Positions 26,764 through 41,283 of a stretch of DNA of 49,167 bases are shown here, in pieces. Made by a program: the position numbers and the translations under genes. Origin of the DNA: Conidiobolus incongruus B7586 (taxonomy: Eukaryota); the NCBI GenBank assembly GCA_000697335.1, contig JNEM01010240.1, forward strand, positions 1 to 49,167. Direction: 5' to 3'. Position 1 is the first letter of the stretch. Each line of letters starts with the position of its first letter. Under the pieces are notes generated by a model. It worked only from the letters and a program-made list of their open reading frames with translations. It did no database searches and was not told the DNA's origin.

Positions 26764-29071
26764 TATTGATATTTTAATTATTTGATTATTAAGAAAGAGC
26801 CTGATGTTCATAATTATATTTCGTTAAATAATGATCTCATCAATTAATTAATTCATGGGATTTTTAACTTTAGTATATTTTGGAAATAATCTCAATTTGA
26901 AATTAGTTTTCGTTTTTAATATCGAAATTCTAAATGAAATCATTTCAAATTTATTTCTTTATTCCACTTTAGACCAGATGATCTTTGGAAATGCTTTATC
27001 TGATAAAGTATTTATCCTTTGAAATTTGGTGAAATTGATACTCTGCTTATTAAAATATATAATAATATATATTCAAATGGATTGAAATTGAACGGCAAAA
27101 TTTATTCTATATTTCATCATAAACTATCAATTATAACTAACATCATTACAATGTATTCCATTCTACGGTTAAAATATTTTAATATGATTTTATGAATTAT
27201 TAGCAATTATTAACAAAGTGGAGCCAACTATAAATATACATCCATAGTTTTAATGGACATCTATATTTCTTATTTCTTTTTACCACAAAAATCTTATAAT
27301 TTTATAGCTTAAGAATTGTAGAAGTTAGAAAAATATAAGTAATATTAAATTAATCTAAAATTTTGATAGCAATAATAAATAATATAGAGTTTGGCATTAC
27401 CAATACAGTTTTTAAAAATTAACTTGGACTTGTCATTGGGAAATATTTTGTGTTCTATATTAATACGCTGATAAATATTGTCAACGATAAATAATATTTT
27501 GAGTTATAATTAATATAATTAAATATGTTTCAATTTAATAAATCACCAGTATCAACTTATAGAATATTAAATATATATAATATCAAAACATTCGAAATTT
27601 TGTATTATGTCTATTCAAATAGAAAGATATATTAGAATAATTCCAAATGAAATAATAGCATATTTCAATTATCAAGTAAATTTTATATTCAGCTAATTTG
27701 AATACTTTAATTTGCTATTTTAAAATTCAGTAAATCTTTACTTGCTTTTCAAAATTAATACTTATTATATTGAATAAATATGGTGATTTCTGTTGGACAT
27801 TAGGTTTCGTAATTTATTGGATCATTAATATTTTGATTATGGATATAGCTATTGATTAGGGAATTTTTTCTGGCAAATGCTACAAATTAACAAAAATAAA
27901 ATTAATTACACATCAGCATGATTGTTCTTATTTAATATATGAAAATGAAAATAACTATTTTCTATTATTGTATTACAACTCACATTCACTCATATTCTAA
28001 TATGAAAATCAAATATTTTATCATAAAATAATTATAAAATATTGATTAAATATAAAAATATATTATTAAGGTAAAGTAATTTTTTTATATAACACATGAT
28101 TATGATTATGATTATATATATATTTATACTTATATATTAATAGAACTTTCACTCATTGAAAAACTAGTGCTATCACAAATCAAATTTTGATTCAAATAAT
28201 AAAAATTTGAATACTGGATATTATATTATATGGATCAAATATCCTTAAATACATTATCAAACAACAATCAATATCACCATTATATTTATAAAATTAAAGC
28301 TAAATTAAATAATTTTTTCAAATTAGGATCACAAATAAATAATACTTTAATTAGTAACAATTTTGATTATATTCTCATTAAATAATTTCAATTTCTAACA
28401 TAGCTGATTTTAATTAAACTGTATTATATATTATTTAGTATAATTATTAATCGATTTATATTAGGCTTTTCTATATGGTGTATTGAAATTATATATTTCA
28501 AATAATGCTGTTTCAAAATAGAAAATATCTAAAATACTCATATATTAATCAACTAGTATAGTATATATTATTATTTATAATAAAACTTCTGTGATATGTT
28601 ATAAATTACAAATATTTTTAATATATATTTAAAATATAAATTGAAAAAACATTTTGATAGTAAATTCAATATCATTGAATAAAATCACACAAGTTTTTGG
28701 ATATTTAATAGAAAATATTAAATTAATTCAAAAAAGCTAGCGATTTATATATTATATATCATTAAAATTGTTAATTTTTATATAATGACATAATTAATAT
28801 ATCAAAAATTTCAAAGTTCCTTGCAGGAAAATGACAAATTTAATCTGAAATCCATGTAAGCAATTTTACCCCATTGAAAAGAAATCTTTTTATATATCAT
28901 ATAAAGTAAATAAAATATTTTTAAAGAAATAATTTAATTTATATCAAGCTGATATTTATTGATAAAACGTTTGTTTTTGTATTGCTTGCTTGAATGTCAA
29001 TTAATAAAAATTTTAAAATTGGCTATTGAATTTAATACCAAACTTGATATTTTCAAAATTTAATCTTTCAA

Positions 29072-30176
29072 TATTACTCTAGAAATTAAGTAATAGTACA
29101 ATTTTAATATAAAAAATAAATATAATTCTTACTATATGATTTATAAGTTTAAATAAAAAATTTTAAATTAATACTCACTGTATTATTAATAACTGTTTGC
29201 TATACATCTGGTAAATTTCTAGCAATCAAAAAACAGTATTTAAAACTAAATAAATATTTCACAAATCAGATTAATTTATTTAATAAAAATTTTCTTATAA
29301 GCATATTTTTTAATTGCGTAAAACAACAATAATCTTATAGGCTGTAATCTAGTAAATATACTAGATATGGTAACTCTTTCTAATTGCTTTATATAGAGAA
29401 TCTTTCATGGTTTTAGTTTTATGCATTTTATAATTTTTATGTAAAATAATAAGTATCTTTAATTTATAATAAAAAATCAATTTAAAATTGTTCTATTAAA
29501 AAAACAATAAAAACTAGCTATTAATTGATTTATTTTTAAAATTAAATACAAAAGCTATATACTACTATAATCTATTATAACAATTAATATTTTCATATAA
29601 ATATAATATTTATTTATTAAAATTTATAAAAAGGGTTGTATTAACTTGATATTTTGTTTTTTAAATATAAAATTATATAAAGGAATTTAAGATTCATTGA
29701 TTATAATAAAATAATCTAAAAACCTTTTCTTTTAATTATGTTTTTAATATGTTTTATTTAAATATTGTTATTTTAGCTTTTTCAATGCTTTGGTTAATAA
29801 ATAAAGTGTTTATTTTATAATATCATTAATTATTCTAAATATAACTTGAATATAAATGCATAATATACTTTTATAATTAATATTAAATTACTTGGATAAT
29901 TCTTTAATCAAAATAAATATTTTTTTCATATATTCTTTTTTTATTAAAAAATTACATAACAAAAGTAAAATTTGTTTTTCAAATTTAAAATGAGAAAGCT
30001 AGCAATTAATTGAAGTTTTAGTTAAAATATTATTTTTACAAGTTATTTACAAGTAGTAAATAATTTTAAAGGGCTTATAGTTAAGTTTTAAAAATATCAA
30101 AATAAAAACATTTGATGATTATTATATAATTAAAATATGATTAAATTCAATATTAAATATTTTCATAAAAAATAAT

Positions 30177-30212
<36 letters not shown>

Positions 30213-30324
30213 AAAAATATTAAGTTCCTTATATATTCAGTATATGATTAATTTTTTAAGCTAATAATATGTTTGAAAAAATAGTATTTGAAAAATTTTC
30301 CATATTTTTCTTTTTAAACTAATA
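29072..30324 (-). mobile_element. Hypermutated mariner relic, copy 2
   Basis: On the minus strand, K*TLYLLTKALKKLK (~29775-29820) is the WVPHEL motif and N*KELPYLVYLLDYSL*DYCCFTQLKNML (~29295-29385) reverts to NWEELPHPAYSPD..P.DY. The C-terminus reads LPDV*QTVINN..EY* (~29168-29215). TIR-like ends are at 29072 and 30324. Confidence 0.85.
30183..30208. repeat. (TA)n microsatellite inside mariner copy 2
   Basis: Uninterrupted run of about 13 TA units. Confidence 0.9.
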
Positions 30325-31096
30325 GATTAAAAATGAAATTATAGCTTTAGTTTTATTATGTTGAAATACTATATAAGGCAGGAATTATTGATCTCAAAAT
30401 ATAATATATTACTAAGATTTAAAAGAAGTGTTTTGGTTGGGAAATTATAATTATAACCATAAATACCAAAGCAAAGATTATTTGACAAAGAAACAAATGC
30501 TATTATTAAGTATGTATATATTGGCTATTTAGTATTGGATCCTTTATTACCAGGAAAAATAAATTGTAATTATGAAATATATTATAAATATTTGAAAACT
30601 GATGTTACTAACTGGAGTAAAGAAAATTCAATTCAATACCTTTTATTTTGTAGGATAATAGCTATATACACATAACTGAAATTATTATATATTTGCTTAT
30701 TGAAAAAAAAAACTAGTTTGTATTATCCTATCTTCATTGATCACCAGAAATGGATCCTAATATCATAATTATTTTCATAAGTCGAAGAATTTGATATATG
30801 GAAAAAAGAATTAACTACATTTCAACTTTTTAAAATTAAATGTATAATTCTGATCATAAAATTTAAACTATGAAAAGAAATTAGTAATAGTACCCAATAA
30901 TATTATTGAAAAAGGAAATATTAATTATTATAATGATATTGTTTTCCTAGAACTTTTTGAATTACTGTATAGAATTAATAAATTCACTCCGATTTAAAAT
31001 TACTTTTAAAATTTTAAATAAGAAATGATATTTGGTTAAATATTTACTAAATGATTAAATTGGGTTTGGTGAACCTGCAGTTTGATTAATTTATGG

Positions 31097-31608
31097 TAAA
31101 TTTGTAATTGAATCCCGACCTCCGATTATTTAAACAAAACAAATTATTCTTAATCAAAATCCGAGAATGGTATAAATAGAGAATGAATGTGATAGGTAAC
31201 ATAATATCGGTGGTGAATGATAATTGAATAAAATAATCCAAAAATGACCCAAATGACATATCGCAGATTGGGACGTAGTGGTCTCAAGGTTTCAGTTCTC
31301 TCCTTCGGTGGATGGTAATTAAAACCATAGACTCAGTAATTCAATTGTTAACACTAAATATGTTTATAGGATGACTATTACTGAACCAGTTGATCAAGGT
31401 AAATTACTCATAACTTTATAAAATTAAGAATGTAACCAATTTCTATGTGTACAGATCTATTCGATAAAATAATGAAAACTGCATTTGAAAATGGTATCAA
31501 TTTCTTTGATAATGCTGAATTTTATGCACTTGGTGAAAGTGAAGTCGTCATGGGTAAAGCTATCAAGAACAATGGGTTCAAACGTGAAGATTTAGTCATT
31601 TCTACTAA
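31097..31608 (+). repeat. 512-bp perfect direct repeat, copy 1 (partner 35376-35887)
   Basis: Base-by-base identity over the promoter, exons 1-2, both introns and the start of exon 3 of loci F and G, at an offset of 4279 bp. Confidence 0.92.
31171..31185 (+). promoter_or_regulatory. Putative TATA box plus GAGAATG motif shared by intact AKR promoters
   Basis: TATAAATAGAGAATG lies ~70 nt upstream of the ATG in F, and also at 35450 in G. A has TATAAATAGGAGAATG (minus, ~3199-3184) and H has TATAAAAAGAGAATG (minus, ~39125-39111). Confidence 0.5.
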
Positions 31609-32371
31609 GATATTCGGTGGTACAGGAGGCTGGGGTCCTAATGCCAGGGGTCTTTCAAAAAAGCATTTAATTGAAGGTCTCAATGCCAGTTTGAAACGTC
31701 TCCAATTGGACTATGTGGATTTAGTCTTTGCCCATCGTCCAGATATTGAAGTTCCTATGGAAGAAATAGTTCGTGGATTCAACTTCTTGATCAGTCAAGG
31801 AAAAGCTTTATACTGGGGAACTAGTGAATGGAGCGCTCAACAAATCACTGAAGCACATGCTGTTGCCCAACGATTAGGCTTGGAGGGTCCTGTTATGGAA
31901 CAACCTCAGTATAACTTATTCGAAAGAGAAAAGGTTGAAAAGGAGTACCTTCCCATCTTTGAAAATTTTGGATTAGGTACTACCACCTGGAGTCCTCTTG
32001 CATTTGGTGTCTTGACTGGAAAGTATAATGATGGTATTCCAGATCAAAGTCGTTTTAACAATGCAAAAGGAATTTACAAAATACACGCTGATATCTTTAA
32101 TACACCTGAGGGAAGGGCTAAAGTCGAAAAAGTTCGTAAATTAGCTCCAGTTGCTGAGAAATTAGGCTGTACCCTTGCGCAATTATCTCTTGCCTGGTGT
32201 GCTAAGAACCCAAATGTATCAACTATTATTACCAGTGCTTCGAAAGTAGAGCAACTTGAGAGCAATTTAAAGTTCCTTGATATTGTCGATAAGCTAACCC
32301 CTGAGATCCTTTATGAAATCGATGAAATCTTTCAATCTAAACCTACGCCAGTACCTAATTTTAGAGGTTGA
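31244..32371 (+). CDS. AKR locus F: Kv-beta-like aldo-keto reductase, 338 aa; exons 31244-31314, 31370-31398, 31455-32371
   Basis: Same 71+29+917 exon structure with canonical splice sites. The tetrad is intact (DNAEFY, STK, AHRPD). Confidence 0.94.
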
Positions 32372-33170
32372 TCATATTATAATTTTATTTCATAAACAAA
32401 TAAACTTACTTTTGATAATATACCTGGAACACTAAAAAGTATTATGTAAATTATATAAATTTAATAATTGGGATATTTTTTTTGCAATAATAATGTTGTA
32501 AAATTCCATTGTTTACAGTTCCATAGGTTTTAGGATGGATAGAATTTATATTGGAATTCATATCATTGGAAGTCATTTTTATAAAATGATAAAATATAAA
32601 GATATGATTAACAGTAACACTAAATAATTTGTATGAACTCTAAGAGTGATAGGGAGCCCTTTATTATCAAAAAACAATATGTATTTATATTGTGAAAAAT
32701 GCAACTAAAATACTAGTTGCAGCTAATCAAAGCATCATCTATTAACAAGAACATGACTTCTCTTTTTGACACATATGTTCAACAAATAATATATCTTATA
32801 TTTTATATTTTGAATCTTTTTTAATATTTTTATTACACATTAAAATTTATAATATATACTTGTCAATTTGAGTTTTGATAATAAGAATTCATAAATATAT
32901 ATTTGTTGCAATTAAATCCTCATATCTAATAAATAAATTTATGTTAATTTCATTAAAATGTTATATCATATAAAATTATAAATATTGTAAAATTTCATTT
33001 TATTATATTTTTTAATATATATTTTACTAATAACATTGGTCATAAATATAAATATTTATAAAATAGATTGTAATATTTTAACACTTTGAATTAAAATACA
33101 ACAAATTTGTAATAAAATGGTGTATTTTATTTTGAACCAATCTTTTTGTATATTTCATTTTATCTCAAAA

Positions 33171-34447
33171 TATTTCGATTAGGAAAGAAAAAATGGCAAA
33201 TTTTTTAAGTTTTAATATTTCAAACATATTGTTAGTTTTATAAAATATATTATATAAAGTTTATATATGAGTATTAATACTTTCAAACTAAATATATTTA
33301 ATTATTATAATTTTTTCAATAAAACATTTTATTTAAAAATGTATTGTTGAATTTAATCATGCTTAGCCAAGAAAATGATTATCAAATGTCTTTTATTTTA
33401 GTATTATTAACACCCAACCACAGATCCTCTAAATTAATTTAAGGTTTGTTAACAATTTATGGATATTATGTTTTATCCAAAACCACAATATATTGCTAGA
33501 TTTGCTGTTTTAAAACTAAAAGGGAGATTGAAATTAACTAAAATCTAAAAGACTAATTTTAATTGTCACTCTTATTTATATAAATATAGTATAAAAATAT
33601 ATTGAAAATTATCTTTTTAATATAGTTATAAAATTATCAAAGTAATCTAATATTAATTACATCAGTTAACTATATTTATTCAACTTTGAACTTTTAATTA
33701 TTAAAAATACAAAATAAATATATTAATTGATATAAAATAACTAAAATAAATAAACCTAATTAAAGACTTTAAAATAGTGAAAAGCTAAATCTTTTAAATT
33801 AAATCATTATAGTTTATAAATTATTGATGCTTTTATATATTTTTTACATAATACCACAAATATACTTGATTAAATTAAAAGCACTTCTGCCATAAACTCC
33901 AAATAATAAATATTTTGTCTATCAAAGAATATTAACAATTTTAATTGATTATAATATTATACAATTGTCTTAGTTTTTTGAAAGTAAAAAAATAATACAA
34001 ATTTTATATCTAATAATTTTTAATCTGAATATTTGATTAGAATGAATGAATGCCTATTATTATATGAGATAATTTTAAATGAATTAATTTAAAGCTTTAA
34101 AAGGATTACTAAATAAAAGTCAATATAAAGAGCTAACATATCCAATAAACTTACTGGTTTATAATCCTTGAAATTACATATGTTTTAGCAAGTAAAATTT
34201 ATACATGTAAGAAATCAAATTTTAATAGATAGATAAAATTGGTTTGAAATATTAACATATTTCAGTGTTTAATAAAAAGAGCAATATTTTAGGTGTTAAA
34301 AATTTGCCAAAGATATGACAAAGAAATATTAATGATAATGGAGAGTATTAATTTTATAACATTAATTCATCTACGTAAATGTTGTATTGAAAATTATATT
34401 AAATCTGAATATATAAAAGCGCCATTATTGAATTTCCTAAATGATTA
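33171..34447 (+). mobile_element. Decayed mariner relic, copy 3 (best-preserved motifs)
   Basis: ATG at 33359 is followed by the HTH-like LLTIYGYYVLSKTTIYC*ICCFKT. PIII*DN (~34053) retains the second D, followed by KELTYPINLLVYNP*NYICF and the C-terminus GVKNLPKI*QRNINDNGEY* ending at 34351. Both ends share TTAGGAAA...AATGGC in inverted orientation, and the 5' UTR aligns with copies 1 and 2. Confidence 0.87.
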
Positions 34448-35375
34448 TTTAAAAAATGCTTTACTAATTGTTTAAATACTGGCTGAACTTTGAATTTAAT
34501 AAAATAATTTCCAATATTTGATCGAGATATCAAATTCGTTGTAATGTTTAAAAATTGGTGTGAATCTTTGGAATGGTTAGACAATGATAGTGTTCGTTAT
34601 ATGAAATAAAAATACTCGAATATATATTGCTGAAATTTTATTATTTACTAAAAATCCTGTTCGCAGTGTAGATTCAAAACTACCATTAATTAAATACTAT
34701 ACTAGCTGATTTCTTTCAAAATATCTATGATTGAATATTTCATATTATATAAGATATAAATAAGTTGATGAAGTTTTGTGAACTGTATTTCATTATGAAA
34801 AGCATTATATTTAAGGTATTTAACAAATTATTTTACTAATGATACCTTTACATTAATTTTATTTTAAATATTAATTTTTCAAAAAAAATGATTCTTAAAT
34901 AATCATAATTTGTAATTTTATATTACCAATATATCATATATGTTAGTTCCAATTAACTATATACTTTAATACAATTTTCTTTGATCATCATATATGATAA
35001 CTGAAATATAATATACAATATAAATCTTTATATGTCTATAATATGTAAGGTACTTATTCTTAATATAATGTATATTTATAATAATCATTCAAAAATCATT
35101 AATGTTTTGCAATTCAATTGTATACAGTCGAAAATAGAATTTTAAAATAATCTCGGTTAAAATATTTAAACAGTTTTTATGATGAGAAAATTAATTTAAT
35201 CTGCATTGATAAATAGAATTACTAAAATCGCTTCCGATTAAGAATTTGTAGAAATTGAAAAAGTTGTCAAATTATTTAAATTTTAATCTTTATAAGTTTA
35301 ATCAAGAGTAAATAAAAAAGTATTACGAAGAGATTAAATTTAGAATAAGGAATATTTCATTCTAATAACTGCTGA

Positions 35376-35887
35376 TAAATTTGTAATTGAATCCCGACCT
35401 CCGATTATTTAAACAAAACAAATTATTCTTAATCAAAATCCGAGAATGGTATAAATAGAGAATGAATGTGATAGGTAACATAATATCGGTGGTGAATGAT
35501 AATTGAATAAAATAATCCAAAAATGACCCAAATGACATATCGCAGATTGGGACGTAGTGGTCTCAAGGTTTCAGTTCTCTCCTTCGGTGGATGGTAATTA
35601 AAACCATAGACTCAGTAATTCAATTGTTAACACTAAATATGTTTATAGGATGACTATTACTGAACCAGTTGATCAAGGTAAATTACTCATAACTTTATAA
35701 AATTAAGAATGTAACCAATTTCTATGTGTACAGATCTATTCGATAAAATAATGAAAACTGCATTTGAAAATGGTATCAATTTCTTTGATAATGCTGAATT
35801 TTATGCACTTGGTGAAAGTGAAGTCGTCATGGGTAAAGCTATCAAGAACAATGGGTTCAAACGTGAAGATTTAGTCATTTCTACTAA
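35376..35887 (+). repeat. 512-bp perfect direct repeat, copy 2 (partner 31097-31608)
   Basis: Identical to 31097-31608, with abrupt divergence on both sides. Confidence 0.92.
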
Positions 35888-36650
35888 AATTTTCTTTGGT
35901 ACTGGTGGTTGGGGTCCTAATGCCACTGGTTTGTCTAAAAAGCACTTGATTGAAGGTCTCAATGCCAGTTTAAAGCGTCTCCAGTTGGATTATGTTGATT
36001 TAGTCTTTGCCCATCGTCCAGATCCAGAGGTGCCTATGGAAGAAATCGTTCGTGGATTCAATCACTTGATTAATCAGGGTAAAGCTTTCTATTGGGGAAC
36101 CAGTGAATGGAGTGCTCAGCAAATTACTGAAGCTCATACTGTCGCTCAAAGATTAGGCTTGGAAGGACCTGTTATGGAACAACCTGAGTATAATTTATTT
36201 GCAAGGGATAAACTTGAAAAAGAATACCTTCCCATTTTTGAAAATTTTGGATTAGGTACTACCACCTGGAGTCCACTTGCATGGGGTGTCTTAACTGGAA
36301 AGTACAACGATGGTATTCCAGAAGACAGTCGCTTTAACGTTAAACATGGAATTTCTAAAATGCAATATGAAAGATTCAACACACCTGAGGGAAGAGCTAA
36401 AATAGAAAAAGTTCGTAAATTAGCTCCAGTTGCTGAGAAGTTGGGCTGTACCCTCGCACAGTTATCTATCGCTTGGTGTATTAAGAATCCTAATGTATCA
36501 ACTATTATTATGGGTGCCTCTAGAGTAGAGCAACTTGAAAGCAACTTAAAATCACTTGAAGTTGTTGATAAATTAACTCCTGAAATTCTTCAAGAAATTG
36601 ACGAAATCTTCCAGTCCAAACCAACACCAGTTCAAAATTTCAGAGGTTGA
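35523..36650 (+). CDS. AKR locus G: Kv-beta-like aldo-keto reductase, 338 aa; exons 35523-35593, 35649-35677, 35734-36650
   Basis: Same exon structure, intact frame and intact catalytic tetrad. Confidence 0.94.
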
Positions 36651-37942
36651 TATATTAAAATTATATAATTTTTTTATCCAGTATATATTTCATTTCAATA
36701 TCTATAAATTTGTTTCTATTATCCATATAAATGTTATACATTTTATAAAACAATAGGTGTCATATGTTTATTAATATCAATTTGTCCTTCATTTTAATAT
36801 TTCATTTATATCAAAAATAATGAAACCCATTTATCAAGTCACCAGACTTGTAATCTTTAAATCACTATAATTTGGTGAAATTAATTAATAAAACCTTAAT
36901 GTTTGATAAATTAACTATATATACTGGCATTTTTATTAACAAATTTTACAATATAGCAATTGATTTATTATATTTAGTATATTTTATATTTTATTTATAG
37001 TTTAAACTAATCAATCACAATTTTATTTATAGATATAATTTGATAATTTTTGAATTCCAAGTCAAATATACTATAATATAATGTGCAATAATTAAATATA
37101 CATTGATAAATGAAAAAACTTTTGCTAGATAGACTACTATAGTTATTATAAATCCCAATTTATCTAATATAAATAAAAAATTTTCTTACTAAATTTTAAA
37201 TAGAATAGAGGGAAGAAAGTTCTTGAAAAATTATATATATATATTTCAATATGCTACTTAATATTTTAAATGTAATAATATGTTGTAAGAACAAATATGA
37301 CCGTATATTATTGTTGTGATAATTTATTATCAAGTTTTGAATCCACTCGTAATTATTGTTTTAGAAATCATTCAATTTAAATATTCCCTTGATAAATATT
37401 TCAGGTAGTATAAAATAATTTGCAGAATATAATATATTACATTATATATTAATTTACAACAATTTTACGAACCATTTTATATTTTTATTTTAATTTTTAA
37501 TAATCAAAGGTTATTGTGTATTTTTAAACTATATTGAAAACTAATGTTCAAAAACGAACAATTATTTGCGACTGCATAGTTCTTAAATGTTGATCATAAT
37601 GTATTTTCAAAAATACTAAATTTAAAAAGAAAATAGTGGTAGAATATTTGAGTGCTATTTATTAGATATTTTTCATCAATTTTATTATCTCATTAGATAT
37701 TTAATGCTTTTTTCTTCAATATTTTGAAATATATACTACATGATGGTGAAATAACGTCATTTCAAGCATATTCCTAATTCTAACAATTTGATTGAGCCTA
37801 TAATAACTATTGAAATAATCAATATTTTTGATAGTTTAATCTAGTAATATATATATATAATGTGATATTATATTGAGCATTATAAATTATTTTGGAAGGA
37901 GAATTATAATTTATTAGTTTAAAAATCCTAATTTAAATACTA

Positions 37943-39069
37943 TTAACCTCTCAGATTGGGAATTGGAGTAGGTTTAGTCTGGAAGATTTCTTCGATTTGT
38001 TCGAGAATTTCAGGAGTTAGCTTTTCAATTACTTCAATAGACTTCAAATTGTCTTCAAGTTGCTGAACTTTAGTGGCTCCAGTGATTACAGTTGATACAT
38101 TGGGGTTTTTAATACACCAAGCAAGAGACATTTGCGCGACAGTACAATCTAACTTTTCTGCAATAGAAGTCAATTTACGAACCTTTTCGATTTTGATCTT
38201 TCCTTCGGGAGTACCTAATCTGTCACCAAGGATTTTTGGAACTCCTTCTTTAGCATCAAAGCGGCTGCCTTCTGGGATTCCATCATTATACTTTCCAGTC
38301 AAGACACCTGATGCAAGAGGACTCCAAACTGTAGTACCTAAACCAAAGTTTTCGAATATGGGAAGATATTCCTTTTCAAGCTTTTGTCTTTCGAATAAAT
38401 TATATTCAGGTTGCTCCATAACAGGTCCTTCCAACCCTAACCTTTGGGCAATAGCATGTGCTTCAGTGATCTGCTGAGCACTCCATTCGCTAGTTCCCCA
38501 ATACAAAGCCTTGCCTTGGTTGATCAAGAAGTTAAAACCACGAACAATTTCTTCCATAGGTACCTCTGGATCTGGACGATGGGCAAAGATTAAATCAACA
38601 TAATCCAATTGAAGACGCTTTAAACTAGCATTAGTGCCTTCGATCAAGTGTTTCTTGGACAATCCTTTGGCATTAGGACCCCAACCTCCAGTACCTCCAA
38701 AGATTTTGGTAGCAATGATAATATCTTCACGTTTGAAACCATTATTCTTGATAGCTTGACCCATAGCGATTTCACTTTGACCATTAGCATATACTTCAGC
38801 ATTATCAAAGAAGTTGATGCCATTTTCAAAAGCCACTTTCATTAATTCATCGGTAAGAGCTATAATAAATTAAGTGAATTTATTTTCGAAATCTATAGTA
38901 TTGAATAAGCTACCTTGATCAACAGTATTCCCAACAGTTAACCTACAAGAAAAATCAATGGATTAGATGTGATTTAATGAAAAAATGTAAATCATTACCA
39001 TCCACCGAAGGAAAGGACAGAAACCTTGAGACCACTACGTCCCAATCTACGGTAAATCATCTTAGTCAT
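37943..39069 (-). CDS. AKR locus H: Kv-beta-like aldo-keto reductase, 338 aa; exons 39069-38999, 38942-38914, 38859-37943
   Basis: Starts MTKMIYRRLGRSGLKVSVLSFGGW/LTVGNTVDQ. Canonical introns of 56 and 54 nt, with an intact tetrad. Confidence 0.94.
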
Positions 39070-41283
39070 TTTGAATATTATATTTTTGATTGCTTGTATA
39101 TTTGAATTCCCATTCTCTTTTTATACCTAAAATGACTGTAATTATTGCATCATATGATTTTTTCGATTAATATAATTTGGGAAAAATTTTCTAATATTAC
39201 ATTAAAAATTTATCTGATATTTAACAATGCTATGATAAATCAAAATATATTGATCGAAATATTTATCATTATTAATTAATTAATTTATAAAAATGATGAT
39301 TAATCCAATATATATAAATTATGGTATTATCTAATATTGGTAATATTATTTTCATGTAATTAAAAAACCTAACCTAGAAATATGGCTGATCATTTTCTCA
39401 AGAATTAGATTTACTGCACAACCATTTTACAAATATGAATTATTATACCTTACTCAGATATTATTTAAACAATGAATTAGTAGTATTAAATATATAATTG
39501 TGTTAATAATTGAAATTTAACAACTCTAATTATGAATTGATTGATAAAACAATTATTATTAAATCTTCTAATTTAATTCTTAGCAAGTTTAATATATTAT
39601 TAATGATAAACACTACGAATTTTATATTTTTGAATTTTTATAACATTGTATATCAAAAAAACATTGCAATTATGAACTCCAGGGGTGAAATTATATCAAA
39701 TTATTATGTTTAATAATCTTCCTATTAATCAAATAATATAAATAGTAATTTAATAAATTAATTGACCACCTAACGATAATATGACTTTATTAGCTTGAAG
39801 TATATAAATTTATTATCAATTTGATAATGATTCACATGAATTCAATATTTTTAATGTTGGTGTATTATATTATAAATTTGAAAGAATGGAGATTGAGACT
39901 AGGATAAAGGAGATTCTAGATAAGGTGTTTTCAAATTAAAAATTTTGAACTAGATTCAATTATATATATTAAAATACAATGTTAAAAAATCGACTCTAAT
40001 TATATTTGGATAAATATTTATTTTATATAAAAATAAAATTAATATATATATATATATATAATTAATATTATAACTTGTGTAATGATATGCTGTGTGTTAC
40101 GACTAATAAAAATCCAGAACAGTCAGATATTAAAAATAATATAGTCCAGCTCAGAACAAGGCAATACTTTAATTAGAATCACTCATATTAAAAAATTGAG
40201 ATTGAATATATATTTTACTCATAAAATAATCTGTATAAAAAGAAATCTAAGGCAATTTTTTCTATAAAATTAATAATTCATTATTGTGCTTTCATATCTA
40301 ATCCTCCAGAAATTTTGTAAATATTAATATTTGTAAAATTTATTCACTCTTGAAATTGAAATATTGGAATAAGCATTTACAAAATTTGGATAATTAAAAA
40401 TTATTAACAATATATAACACATATTCCTAGATTAGATCCTTTTATAAAACACCAATAATAAATTCCATCAATATATAATAAATATATTGATCCATGGATA
40501 TAAAATTTTGACAGTAACATTTACAAAAATTCAGTTTAATTTTCTAACTGGAATACAAAATTTAATGTTATAAATGAAAATTAAAATTATTTTAAAATAA
40601 TACATTAATTAATAGACTGAAGTATCACTATATGTTATTACTGTATACATTATAAAATGTTTTTGATATAAAATATAAACTTAATTGAATTAACAAATAT
40701 TATATTTAAATTGCTGTGTAAATCATCATTTCATTAAATTTAATAATTATGCTTCTGCATAGTATAATTGATAGCAATTCTTATCCAGTTAAATACATAA
40801 ATTAAATTTATAAATATTCTAATATAAAAATTTATTAAAACGTATTAATATTTTCAGAAAATAATGAATAAATATAATGAAATTTTATTAAATTTATCCT
40901 AAAATTTAAAGAGGAACTAGAAAAATAATTATTATGGGATTGAAATTGAAATTGAATGAACATTGCTTACGCAAACAAAGTAACTATTTATTAAAATTAA
41001 ATTCTCAATAAAATTAGTTTTAATTTTTATTCTTTATATTAAATTTGTAAGTCATAATAAGTGTCATTTGATTTTTACTATTGGAATATATTTTAAATTA
41101 ACCTTTATATATAATGCAATACGTAACCATTTTGTAAAAGTCAATATTTTATAACATATTAGTTAATAATTAATTTTAGTTGATTTATTTCATCACATTT
41201 TTTAATGGCACTGATAACTTTAATTTTGGATATTCAATATTAACACTGAGAAACCTAATAATAAGTTTGATAATATAGACAAT

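Noticed and set aside
34293..34584. Track ORFs 34293-34475 and 34399-34584
   Set aside because: They overlap the 3' end and TIR of mariner copy 3 in the wrong frame or strand.
1997..39069. Calling the AKRs true potassium-channel beta subunits
   Set aside because: The similarity is family-level only. No channel alpha subunit is in the window, there is no N-terminal inactivation extension, and His replaces the Kv-beta Asn.
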